A stretch of DNA of 62,854 nt, filler included, from Octopus bimaculoides (taxonomy: Eukaryota), in NCBI RefSeq assembly GCF_001194135.2. It is 7 parts of 7 records of this genome, joined end to end, with 100 filler letters (N's around TTAATTAATTAA, not from the genome) between each part and the next. Parts side by side here need not be neighbours in the genome. Positions count along the whole stretch, not along the records: positions 21,641 to 35,006 come from NC_068997.1; positions 35,107 to 46,360 come from NC_068988.1; 5 more parts are not named here. One strand, 5' to 3'. The translations under genes were made by a program, and so were the position numbers. Below the pieces are notes generated by a model, which worked only from the letters and a program-made list of their open reading frames with translations, was not told the DNA's origin and did not search any database. Shown in pieces: positions 24,175-36,335 of the stretch; the first letter of the stretch is position 1; every line of letters begins with the position of its first letter.

Positions 24175-26526
24175 CATATACAGATTTCTCTCATGTATAT
24201 GAGATTAAGATATAATGACCTATTAGATAGCGGTAAGGAGACAAGCCATCAGAATCGTTAGAATACCAGGAAAAATGCTTAGCGGCATTTCATCCGCCTT
24301 TACGGCCTGAATTCAAATTCCGCCGAAGTCGACTTCGCCTTCCACCCTTTCGGGTTCGATAAAATAAATACCAGTTCAGCACGGTTCGATCTCATCGACC
24401 TATCCCTCTCCCGAAATTGCTGGCCTTGTGCAAAATCTTGAAAGCAATATAAAAATGTGGTAGTCATATTTTTGAGAAGAGTAGTGGTTGCGGGAAATAA
24501 TATCAGAATGAGGTAGGGTGACTAATCAAATTACGAAGAAGAAGGTGGGGAAAGGTGAAGTTTGTAATAAGATAAGCTGATAAAAGAGACAATACTGAGA
24601 GGATTATAGAAGGAGTGGTTTCTTTACAGGGCAAGGGAAATGTAGTAAGAAATGTTGTCGTAATATAGAGAGGAAAATGAAAGCGAATTTTTGTAAAGAA
24701 GCAGAAACAATAGAGAAAGATTAAAAGCATGTTAGGTAGTCAGAAAGTATAATAGATGGAAGGTAACATAGATAGATTCTAACACAGGTAGGCAATAACC
24801 GAGAGAAAACAATGTTAGTATAGAGATAGTGAGTTAGAAAAATACAATGAGGGAATAAATTAGGATTTTTATACATTGCTAAAAGAAAAGAAAGACGGAA
24901 ATGGAAAAAGAAAAGAGAACCTGAGAGAGAGGGAGAGCTGATTGATAGATATAGGACGGGGTGAGAGTGAGTTTAGGATTTAGAGTGTGTGAATGAGAGC
25001 GAGAATGAGGTAGAGCGAAAAAACATGTGGCAAAATATGAAAGCGATCTGCGAAAATAAGGAAATTAATAAACTTTCTTGATTTGACTCCTATTCTAGTC
25101 CTCCACAATTTTCTTTAGCCTCCTCACAACTTTCACTCTTCTATTTCAGTCTAATTATCATATTTCCTTGCTATGGTTTCTTCATTTTCCTATTTTCTCA
25201 TAGAGCTTTTGTGTCTGCTTCTCACTAACTCTCTCTCCTCTCTCCAGATCTCAGTGAAAATAAAATTTCCCCTCTCAATATCATACTCTGTTATCCATAT
25301 TTAAATGTTCAGTATCCATCATCTCTCTTATTCATAACTCTTGTTTATTCTCTTCATCACACGCTTAGTTCTTCTTGCTTCTAATAATCACATTAATTTT
25401 TTTTTGTGTATTTGTGGAAATATTTCAGAAGGCAATTTATGAGCAAGCTAGTCGCAACTAAAAACGACATGCCCAACTTAATTGTCATTCTTTTTCGACT
25501 ACAACAATAACAAAATTTAAGGTTGGATGTTTGAATTGCTCGTGGTCTACGATATTTGGAAGCAGAGTTACCGTCTAAGCGTTCTCAGTACACTTAATTT
25601 GGATGTCGTGGCGAGGCTAAGGTTTCCAATACAGAGAAAAATCTGTGCACCACTGAAAGAGTAGTGCAAATGGAAATGCACGTCTGCTCTTCAAAAATAG
25701 GAAGAAGACATGAAAGCAGACCGCACCATTCATGCGGCGTAGCACGAAGTTCGCACAAAGTGCATTGATCCTTGGATATTTTGCAAATCTGTACTACAGA
25801 TAGTCAACACCAAGGTGGAAAAAGATGAGCATGCAAATCATGATGCCTCCCACCATGGAGACTTCATAACAATCCTTAAGTTATAACATTTTGTGAATGC
25901 ATAAAAAGACGATATGAATGGTGGTGCAATGCGATAAGTGTAGTTGTTTAACATGACAGAAAAATAAAGAGAAGCCATTTGCGAGCTTTTGAACAGAGAC
26001 GCTGAGAGATTTTAATCTGAAATATGGACTTATGCAGTGGTGGTTTCCAGTCGTTTTTTATTTTCTTTATGTTTTAGCCTTCTACCATTGTTTTGATGCT
26101 GTGTTTCATGTTTTATGTAATATTTCTTGCTTTGATGATTCCTTCGCTGCTCAAACTTCTCCCCAAATTTTACATTTCTTGGGGCCGTGTATACATTTTC
26201 TTTTTATTTGCACCAAAGTTTTGATAAGATTATCTTGGGTTGGAGTCAAACTGCTTAAAAAATTACTGTCGTTTTAAATACTGACAGATGAATTAGCGTG
26301 GAGTTTTCTTTACAGTCGATCTTTGATTTCGGCTACTTCTTTTGTGTTCTATTTTTGTAGCATTTTCTTTTATTTCAGCATATTTTAAGTCTTTTTGCTA
26401 TTGATTTCATTAAGAATTGGAAGATATTTTCTTTTGTGTCTACAGTTGTCACTTTTTGTTGTCGAATTTTATGCATCGGATATACATTCATTGACTCATA
26501 AGACCAATAGCAGAATCGTTAGAGTT

Positions 26527-26881
26527 TGCAGTTACGCCACCCTTCCAACAGTTACGACCCACTTCCAGCTGTTAAAACCTCTTCCCACTAGTCACAACCT
26601 TCCTCACTCCAGTTACGACCTACCTCCCACCAGTTATGACATCTCTCTCACATGTTACAACCTCCCTTCCTCTGGTTACGACTGCCTTCCAGCCGTTACA
26701 ACTCCCTCCCACCACTGACAATCTTCCTCCCACAGGTTACGTCCTCTCCCCACCAGTTATTCCTTCCTCTCACCAGTTACGTCCTCCCTCCCACCTGTTG
26801 CGACCTCCATCAGACCAACTACGACCTCCCTCTCAGCATTTACGACGTCTCTCTCACCAGTTACGACCTCCCTCTCTGCAC
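26527..26881 (+). repeat. Degenerate ~21-bp minisatellite (consensus about CAGTTACGACCTCCCTCYCAC, ~17 units)
   Basis: Periodic GTTAC(G)A cores; explains the periodic ORFs at 26636-26923. Confidence 0.85.
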
Positions 26882-27179
26882 TTAACCCATTACCTACCAG
26901 TGATCTCATATGAGATCACTTAAAAATTACAAATTTCGTAATGATCTGTCAATATTTACACATATCTAACATTTTTGCTATATCTACTAGGTATATTTCT
27001 CTGATATTCAAATGAGGTTTGTTAATTTTTCACCCAATATCTCGCTTATTTCTATTTAAAATGTTATTTTGAAATGTTATTTTGATCATTCCAGCGTGTT
27101 TCTAAGGCTGTTTTATGCTAGAAATCAAAGTTTCATGAAACAATTCCAGTTAATAGAATTATAGGAGGTAATGGGTTAA
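26882..27179. mobile_element. piggyBac-type MITE
   Basis: TTAA-CCCATTACCT (26882-26895) and AGGTAATGGG-TTAA (27166-27179); TTAA TSD with CCC/GGG ends; internal perfect 22-bp palindrome at 26899-26920. Confidence 0.8.
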
Positions 27180-27879
27180 GTAGGCCTAATAACCAATCTT
27201 TGGGATTGCCTTCCCTCCCGATTAAATGATAAAACAATCTTTGGTTTGTAATTCTCCAATTATTTCCAGATTTAGAATTTTCAGTTTTTAAATATGCCTT
27301 ATGTTCACTTTTATTTATATTTTTGTTTGTGTTGTTCTTATACAGTTTTTGTTGTTTAAGGGTTTGGGCATGTCGTGTTGTGTTATTCGTTTTTATAGTT
27401 TATTTCTTGTTACTTGTGGTTTCGGTTATTTTCTTTCTTTTAGATGTTATATTCCAAATTCTTATTTTCTTTTCATTTTGATAATGTATCGCTAATTTGT
27501 CGAGGTCCAACGATACATTTAAACCTGGGCTATTCCTCACTAAATTTAATATAAATATATTATTTTAATATATTTTCATTTTGGGCAGAATATCGCTGTG
27601 AAGTATCCATATCGAACAGAAACATTCCTGTTGTGTCATTTTTGTTTTATTTGTGAGAACTGAGGAGTAAATCCGACTTGAATTGATATTTCTATTGTTA
27701 TTATATTTGTCGGGTAACGGTTTATTAATTTCCGTTGACATAGAATTTTGCGCGCATATTTCGTACGCATTCAGCGTACGCGTTCTATTAATAACGTTGG
27801 GCTGAAACGTTTTTACATTTGAATTGTTAGTACTGTGCTCGAGCATTGTGGAGTTATGCCGAACAGCTGCTATCATCTG

Positions 27880-30045
27880 TAGGACGGGAAGAGCTAGTAG
27901 TTTCCCTTTGTCTGGCGGTTATGGCGAAAGAGGTTATATATTAGACACGACTGAAAAGATTGAAAACAGAAACTTTAGTTGTGGGCCAGGCCCTCGTCGA
28001 CTTTTTCTAGTTCTACTTGGAAATGAAAGTGACGGTCGATAGATTAAAACTAACGGTGGACAAAAATGCAAAATGGATATCACTGACTACCTCAACAGCC
28101 TGCCACGACTCTTTGCATGAGAGGACACAGCAAATCCCACAACAGCTGCAGAAATTTGAGAAGCGACGATTGGCAGCATGGTTAAAGGGGCAAATCACTT
28201 AGCTCGGATGATTTGCCCCATGAAATTTGCTTTTATATACCAGACATGTTTTGAGAATCCTTGGCAGACCTCTACAGCAACTAAAATAGAACAGGAGAAT
28301 CTCCAGTTATACGAGTTAACGAGTGGTATTGCTGTTGAGAAAGGATTCCAACAATGAATATCACATAAATAAATTCTGACCCATAATTCTGTTAAGCACT
28401 GATATCAAAATTTTGACCAAGGTGTTCGGAAAAGAGGTTGTCGTCGGCAGTTTAATTGGTGATGCACAAACGTGCATTATACCGGAAGATCTATCCCTAT
28501 CGTCTCTTCTATATGTACTGGCTCTACTGCGGAAATAGGAGGCGTTGAGAGGTATTCCACGCGAACTAAGCTGTGGATGAACCGTGTTGGAATAGGCGGA
28601 CGACGCCTCCGCCAAAGTGACGAATTCTAGGCCCAAAGACCTGATCAGCACTGCTCTAAAAGAAAACGAGACGGTGACAAGAGCAAAAAGTAAACAAGAA
28701 AAGTGGGACCGCAGCTCGGCACCAGGATTGCTCAGGGTCTGGTATCATCTAGATTTCCACCTGAAGAATTGAGACGAGATGACTAGCAGGGTAGCCAGTC
28801 TCATCCAGTAATAGGCCGAGAGAAAGCTGTGCCTCAATGGTCGGGCAGAGGTGGCGAAGGCATACAACGTTTCCGTTATGTATTACCGTCAGACACCAGT
28901 TAACATTTGGCCAAAGTGGAGCGCATACATTTCTGCTTTCTGTGACAGGAATGCGTTTTACAAGTCAAGCGCTCCATTTGGTGTCAACATCCGCTGACTG
29001 AGGGACTGGCATGTCGTGGTTGCTGACGCACAGACATGCGCTGAGGCAACGACATCTCTAGTCTTTCCTTGACAGTGAGCACATATCAGACTCACTCTTT
29101 AGTAGCTTGTCTTTTTGATAGACTTACAGCCCAGGATCAAGCGTACACAGAAACAGGGTGTATGGCAATAGGATACCGTCAAGCATTCAGAATCTTCCGT
29201 CAGTCGAGCAATGCGGTCGATGAAAATTTCATTTTGGCGTTCTCGGGGAGACTCGGCGTCGAGGAAAATCAACTGGATGGGCTGATCCGGAGGACTGTCG
29301 GGCTGCGACCCATGGATAATATCCAGAAATCCCTGACCTGGCAGGGACATTACCGGTTTGGGATAAACTCTAGAGGCATGGAAGCGCCGTCAGCCGGGCT
29401 TGCTCGAGATGCATGCAGAACGACAAAACCTTTCCTCACGTTCTCGTCCAGTGTCTGAGCATTGTTGACTTGTGAGTTTATGTCGAACACCTACTGACAT
29501 ATACAGGACATATCCATCTATCGGCTCAGTCCATTGTGAAGATCGTCCCGCTGCCTTCGTTTGGTCAGGAAGGGAACGCAATTTTTTTTTATCTGGTGGC
29601 CTTAGCGAAAGAGATTGTGTGGTGAACCAGTTTGAAAGGGCTGAAGACTAATATTTTCCTCTTCAGCCGAGCACTCATCAATGCTTTCAAGTTTCACATA
29701 GAAAGAAAGCTGAGTGTTGAGAAAAAAGTGCCGCATTCCAGCAATTTTATTGAAAGGTGGGTGAATGTAGCAAGAATATTCTGAGTGAAGGCTCCTGTTC
29801 TAAGCTTGCGTCAGTAGACTGAAGAAGAAGGATGTGGAGAGGGCACTTGTCATAAAAGTCAGGGTGATTTTGGTTTTGTCGAGCTCTAAGAAGTCTCCCG
29901 TTTTTGAGAAACTTTTGTTGTTAAAATTTATATTAATATCGTTTTTTTTACTATTTACACGCTTCTATTTATATAATCCTACATTATATTGTCCCCTACT
30001 GACAACAATGTATTTTTGTGAACATTTAGTTGTCAATAAAGAAAT
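27880..30045 (+). mobile_element. Highly decayed, rearranged Tx1/L1-like LINE remnant
   Basis: PIILLSTDIKILTKVF (RT motif like PITLLNTDYKILAK) near 28380; ADDASA near 28600; C-terminal LVALAKEIVW*T.LKGLKT...FKFHIERKLSVE...ERWVNVA at 29590-29775, paralleled at 27905-28040; 3' tail ending aataaagaaat. Confidence 0.65.
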
Positions 30046-30081
30046 CGTCCTCTCCTCCTCCTCCCTCATTATTATTATTAT

Positions 30082-30107
30082 TGTTGTCGTCGTCGTTGTT
30101 GTTGTTG

Positions 30108-30160
<53 letters not shown>
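30082..30160. repeat. (GTT)n-(ATT)n microsatellite; also (ATT)n at 30680-30775 and (AAT)/(AAC) at 41914-42112
   Basis: Read directly. Confidence 0.95.
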
Positions 30161-30680
30161 GAGTGAGAGAGCAGTGCATGCCATCAAAGTGACACTGGGG
30201 TAAAATATATGAAGCCCAGTATACCCACCATGACTACCCGTCTGATAAGGGTACACCAGGCACGTGCATCACAACCATATGTGCGCGACATGGTGATCTC
30301 GTATCAAGATAAACAGCGCATGACTCTTCAGGTCGAGTGGCCCATCCCGCTCAAAAGGTCGCTGAATAAGGTTTGCTTAAGGATATTGAGCAAAACACCC
30401 ATGTTTCCAAAGGTGAATTATTCAAACTCCAAAGAATTCGTCTCAACACATGGCTATGATGCTCCCCTACTACTTCTGCTCATGATCAGAGATGCACACA
30501 TCATCAGCCACCAAGGGACATGCTCAACTGGTGAAGGTCAAACAACTGTCAAACAAATCTGTGGTATTGAGCAGAATATTTGCTGTAGCCCATCTTTTAT
30601 AAAATGACAAAACAATGTACATGATAACACTTCTAATCAGTTAAGATGAGAAGCCATGAGAACCACTGCCTGGTACTGCA

Positions 30681-30755
<75 letters not shown>

Positions 30756-30775
30756 CATTATTATTATTATTATTC

Positions 30776-33700
30776 CTTCGTAACACAGTGTAGTTAAAAA
30801 TGCACCGGAGTCTTTAGTCATCTGTCAAGTCACAACAAGAACTTCAGACAGATAATACTTTCCTTAAGATGTGCACTGTGCCCAATAAGGCTGCTTTTTG
30901 CAAGACATCAATCTTGCATGGGATTTTCAGTTGTCTTCAGAAGTCTTGAAGTTTCAATGGGATTGAGCGCAACGCCCCGATCACCACTGGTATCACTTTT
31001 ACATTACCCTCTCACATTCCATACAGTCTTGCCATTTCCACTTTCAATTCGGAGTACTTGGTGAATTTTTCACCTCTTTACTCACAACGTTCATGTCATT
31101 TGGTATAGCTACATCAATGATCTGACAGTATTTGTCTCTCTTATGCAATATGACAATATCCAACCGACGGTGTTCGATTACACGATCCGTCAGAAAATCA
31201 TAGTCCCAGAATATATTTACTTTCCCTCTTCCTGCATAACTTTACTTGGTACACGCTCATACCAGTTCTCTGTTACTTCATATTGGTATTTACAGCATAA
31301 GAGCCAATGAAGACACACACAGATTCTATCGTGGCGGCGTTTGTATTCTTTTTGTGCAAGGCTCTCACATCCATTCACCAAGTGGGTCACATTTTCGACA
31401 CACTTTCCCCAGAGTCTGCATTTCTGGGTGTCAGAAGTTTTATAGATGTTTTACTTCACTGAATTGGTAGCGAGAGCCTAGTCTTGTGCAGCAATGATCA
31501 GGCTTTCGGTGGTACGCTTCAAATCACCTCGATCAAGCCATACCCAAGATGCCGTATTATCCTTAACGTCTTGTGTATTCCTTTCAAACTGTCCATGCAT
31601 TCTCATTTCAAGAAGGTTTTCTTTTCTCTTCTCCTCAGCTCTTTGGTTAAACTCTGCCTTGCCCATCATTTCATCTGCATTTACACCCATATCTTTCGTG
31701 GCATATTGCAGCAGGTCTTCATCACTATTTATCAACTACTCGACAAGCGTTCTCCTTTCGCTCCTTTATACAATGGTCTATACTAATTAGTCCTCTACCA
31801 CCATTCTTTCTTTTCATATACAGTCTGTCTAAGTTTGCTTTAAGGTGTAGCGTCCCATGCAGCGTCATCAACTTTCTCGTCCTTCTATCAAGTGTTGATA
31901 TTTCCTCCTTACTCTATTTGAGGATGGACGCACTATATCTGACCACCGCAACTGACTGCCCAGATATTCATTGTGGTAATCAAATGTTTGGCATTCAGCT
32001 TGGATTTAAACGCCATCTTCACCCTTTTTTGATATGCCTCGCTAACCTTGACTTTCATTTCTGTGTAGAATGTCATTCAACTCCAAAATCCCTAAATAAC
32101 TATACCCACTACCGTCAGGTTCACCTATGGCCTCTCCTTACGGTAACCGCAATTCTCTGCAGGCTGCTTTCTTCCCTTTTCATATTAAGTACTGAGCATT
32201 TGGTGATCCCAAATTCCATACCAATGTTCCTACCACACTTCTGGACTGTTTTGGCTAAGGAACCTAACTGTTTTGGCTAAGGAACCTAACTGTTTTTCAG
32301 ATTTCCCAAACAATTTCAGGTCATCCATAAACAGAAGATGGTTTAATGATTGGCCTTTCTTCCCACATTGGGAAACCCATCTTAACTTTCCTAAGTGTCT
32401 TAAGTGTTCATTGTTATGGGTATTAGTGTAATTACAAATACTAACGGAGAAAACGAGTCACTTTGGAAGATTCCCCTTCTAATATTAACTTCTCCTAGGA
32501 ATACATTACTTGAGTACAATTTGCTTTTCCACTCTTTCATGCTATGCATCAGAAAATTTGTTATGTTGTCAGCAACACCGAACATTTGCCGGTATTCAAC
32601 GATCCAAGAATGAGTCATCATATCACATGCCTTCTTAAAGTCAATCCAAGCCATAGATATGTTTGTATGCTGTTTTGTCGATGATCAGGTGATTCCTGGT
32701 ACCCTGAGAACTCTTCCTACATCCGTTTTGTTCCCTTGGTAGTATTTCTTCCTGTGCCAGGAGAGTGTATGATGTCTTTGCCGCACATATTCCAGTGAGT
32801 ATCTTCCAGATTATGTTTAGGTACGCTATAGAACGGTAGTTTCCCCACAATATTCCCCTTTCTTCTAACTTTTATTACAAGTGTTGTCTTCCGAGTCACC
32901 ATCCACGCGGGGACTGTACCTTTTTGGACACACTCATTCAATTGGGCTGCCAGTCTTTCATGCACCGCGTGGCATCTCTTCAGCCAGAATCCATGAATCC
33001 CATCTGGTCCGGGGTCTTTCCAGTTAGGAACTTTACCCACTTGTTCTTTCACGTCAACCGTGTTTATGACGATATTCCTTTGTTTCTTTCCTCCTTGTAA
33101 TCGTTTTTATGCACCACATTATTTCCCCATAATCCTCTCCAGAACTCTTTGGCTTGATTTGCATCAGGAGCAACATTTTCCCCATTGTCTCCTATCGTTC
33201 GGAAGAATTGCTTCGAGTTATTTTTGAACAATCTGTTCTCCTAGAATTGCTTCTTTCTGTTTACAAATCTTCTGATCTTCTGGCATTTTTTGGCCATGAT
33301 CCTCTGTTTTATACTGCATCAAACCCGTTCTTCCGTATTTTATATTTCTTCTCTAATTTTTTTCCGTCGGTATTTTTCCCATTCTTCCAGTTTCCTCTTA
33401 AGCATTGCTCAATTTTTCCTAGATCTTGCCTTGCCAGCATTATATCCTTTTCAATGCGTCGTTTCCACCATGTTTGTTTTGCTTCACCATTTGTAATTTC
33501 TCCTCAACAAGTAGCGTCTGGATGTATGGTATGGCAATATTTATCTTCTGTGCTACTTTATTTATCATACTCCTATCTACCCTTCTCATATTCGTGGGGA
33601 TTTTTCCTTCTGGAGCATTCAACAGTCGGTGAGTTGTCTTTGAATTTCAAGCAATTCGTTATCTAGTCGGTTCATTTCCCCTGCATATCCATCCACTACA

Positions 33701-34050
33701 GTATCAGGGTTCACTGTATAACGTTCTTGTTCCTCATCCTTAACAGCCCCCATCACCACTCCCCTGTTCCTCCTGCCTACTCTTCTCCCTCCTTTCAACT
33801 CCTACCTCCATTTTCAACTCCTACCTCTCTGTTTTAAACTCCGACCATCCTTTGTGGCTCATCCGCAGGGTCTCTTAGACTCTCACTAATCCGAAATAGT
33901 TCTACTCCAGTTAAGTAACCCTTCCTCCTAATCACTCTCACTTGATTCATTAGTTTATTTTCTGACATTAAACTCATGTCCTTTTCCATCCAAAATTTCA
34001 AGGTACCTCGGCCTACTCCGCGACTTCTTTCCAGCCTTGCTCTTTCATGA
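30776..34050 (-). mobile_element. Near full-length but inactivated R4/Dong-clade non-LTR retrotransposon
   Basis: Domains in order: VPNWKDPGPDGIHGFWLK; YRSIAYLNIIWKILTG; EQNGCRK; AWIDFKKACD; RRGIFQSDSFSPL; HLLFMDDLKLF (~32330); thumb; WVWLDRGDLKRTTESLIIAAQD; REL RLDIVILHKRDKYCQIIDVAIPND...IPVVIGAL...LQKAALLGTVHILRKVLSV*; (TAA)n tail. Many frameshifts, including a 22-bp duplication at ~32246-32297. Confidence 0.92.
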
Positions 34051-34379
34051 CATTCGATTAGTGTATCGTACTCTTCCTTCGTCTACTTATGTCTGTTTTT
34101 GCGCACACCGTGTATGTGATCTGTTGTGACATAACGACCGTCTGAGGCCAGATAATTGTCCCTGATGCGGGTGGTTTCGGATATGGCGGGCGGGAAACCT
34201 CACCATGATCGGCTATAGCTTCATTCTCGCCGTAAATTCTTTCCTTGTTGTGTTGCACCATGATTTCATGAGTCGTTCGTGGGGTTCTGTCTCTCTCTTG
34301 CTCTCTTTATTTGTACTTACACGTGCACATGTATGTAAATACACATGTATATGAATAACGTGCTTGCATTTTGTCGCCT

Positions 34380-34726
34380 CCATAACCACAGGGATTATCA
34401 TTACCACCATCGTTCTACCTATAGCATTTAAAATTATCAATAATAATATGGGTCCCGGTATATTGCAGCAGATCTTTGTCACTCTTTATCAAATACTCGG
34501 CAATCGTTCTCCTTTCACTCCTTATACAATGGTCTATACAAATCTGTTCTCTGCCACCATTCTTCCTTTTCATATACAGTATGTTTACGTTTGCATTTAA
34601 TACTATCTTTTGCGCTCCCTGCATGAATGGTAACCCAGGGATCATTCTCAACAAATTTTTAGTTCCTTTACTGGTCATTTCAAGTGCACCCCCACAATCA
34701 CTGGTTTTGTAACCGTCTTGAGATTA
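34380..34726 (-). mobile_element. Internally deleted R4/Dong fragment
   Basis: Endonuclease-end sequence (SRRLQNQ*LWGCT, ...IPGLP) fused directly to thumb sequence (LYMKRKNGGR...DHCIRSERRTIAEYLIKSDKDLLQY), which is homologous to 31700-31830. Confidence 0.75.
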
Positions 34727-35909
34727 TTATTATTATTATTGTTCAGTAGTTTTATTTTTATAACGTGCTTTCACTTCACTACCGAGCGCAGCTCTGTGCG
34801 CCTTGGGTATGTGCTGTGGTTTGCTGTGGTGCTCTTATGTTTACTGTATTGAAAGTGTTTTGCGTAGAATGTGTGCAGTACCCAGTAGTGCAATTTTCTG
34901 TATGTTATATATATTTGTAAGTCCTGGTGTTTTTGTTATGTATTTGTCTGAATATTTTTTTTATTATACCTAAGGCACCTACTATGATAGGAATTGTTTC
35001 TGTCTTNNNNNNNNNNNNNNNNNNNNNNNNNNNNNNNNNNNNNNNNNNNNTTAATTAATTAANNNNNNNNNNNNNNNNNNNNNNNNNNNNNNNNNNNNNN
35101 NNNNNNTCACGACCTCCTGTCTACCGAACACCACCTACACATCATCATCATATAATAGTCATCGTCATCATCATCATCATCATCATCGTCGTCGTCATTA
35201 TCATTATAATCGTCGTCGTCGTCGTCATCGCCACCACCGTCATCATCTTCACCACATACATCATCATCATCGCCGTCGTAGTCGTTGTCCGTAGCAACAC
35301 GCGCGTGTCGACGTTCTTACCTAATGTAACAACGCAATGTCTGCTTATAATAGCAAAAAACAACAAACCCCCCTTTTTTTCCTATTTCCTTAAACGCAAT
35401 GCAAGAACCATATGTTCCTTCATCCCCAGGAATCAAAGACGTCTGCGTTCCTCACTTCCTACATTCTTCTTTGTCCTAAACTTCTTTGCGTTTACATCTC
35501 TAAGAAATACTTATCAACCATGGGAGGCCGAGGGAAATTATGCAAGGTGGAATGCGGTTACTCTCGAGCCCCGACTGGGGCAAGTGTGCGGACTTCCGCA
35601 CAGTTTTTATCTACCAAATGCAACTCACAAGTTTTTGGTCGGTCCGGAACTATACTAGAAGACACTTGCACAACGTGCCGCACTGTGAAACTGAACTCGA
35701 AGCCACATAGTTACAAAGTAAATTTATTAACTATGCAGCCATCCCTGCGCCGATACATATTTTTATAAACAAAAAAAAAAGTAAAATAAAATAAAACGGG
35801 GAACACACGGGGAATTGTTGATTTATGAAGGTTCGAGTTGATGGTTCTGATTCGCAGGAAGTTATAATCCCTAAGAAATTCTTTACCGTTGTTCACAGAA
35901 TGGTATATT

Positions 35910-36335
35910 TTCTACTCTAGGCACATGGCCCGAAATTTTGGGGGAGGGAGCCAGTCGATTAGATCGACCGCAGTACGCAACTGGTACTTAATTTATCGAC
36001 CCCGAAAGGATGAAAGGCAAAGTAGACCTCGGTGGAATTTGAACTCAGAACGTAAAGACAGACAAACAACCGCTAAGCATTTCACCCGGTGTACTAACGT
36101 TTCTTATTTCTTTACTGCCCACTATGGGCTAAACATAGAGGGGGACAAACAAGGACAGACAAAGGAATTAAGTCAATTATATCGACCCCAGTGCGTAACT
36201 GGTACTTATTTAATCGACCCTGAAAGGATGATAGGCAAAGTCGACCTCGGTGGAATTTGAACTCAGAACGTAACGGCAGACGAAATACCGCAAAGCATTT
36301 CGCCCGGCGTGCTAACGTTTCTGTCAGTTCACCGC
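35910..36335 (-). mobile_element. Two tandem tRNA-related SINE copies; same family at 12000-12190, 24270-24440, 37710-37805, 38140-38350, 45660-45870, 47610-47830
   Basis: Shared core GCCGAGGTCGACTTTGCCTTTCATCCTTTCGGGGTCGATAAAATAAGTACCAG, read in both orientations. Confidence 0.8.

Noticed and set aside
25440-26030. Possible piggyBac or PHD-finger remnant (KSPWW; VVQCDKC)
   Set aside because: Only short motif resemblances, broken by stops; cannot be supported without a search.
26527-26881. CRISPR-like periodic array
   Set aside because: Eukaryotic context, degenerate adjacent units and no unique spacers; this is a minisatellite.
27565-27876. 103-aa Asn-rich minus-strand ORF
   Set aside because: No recognisable domain or splice support; may be a Tx1 ORF1-like remnant but this is unproven.
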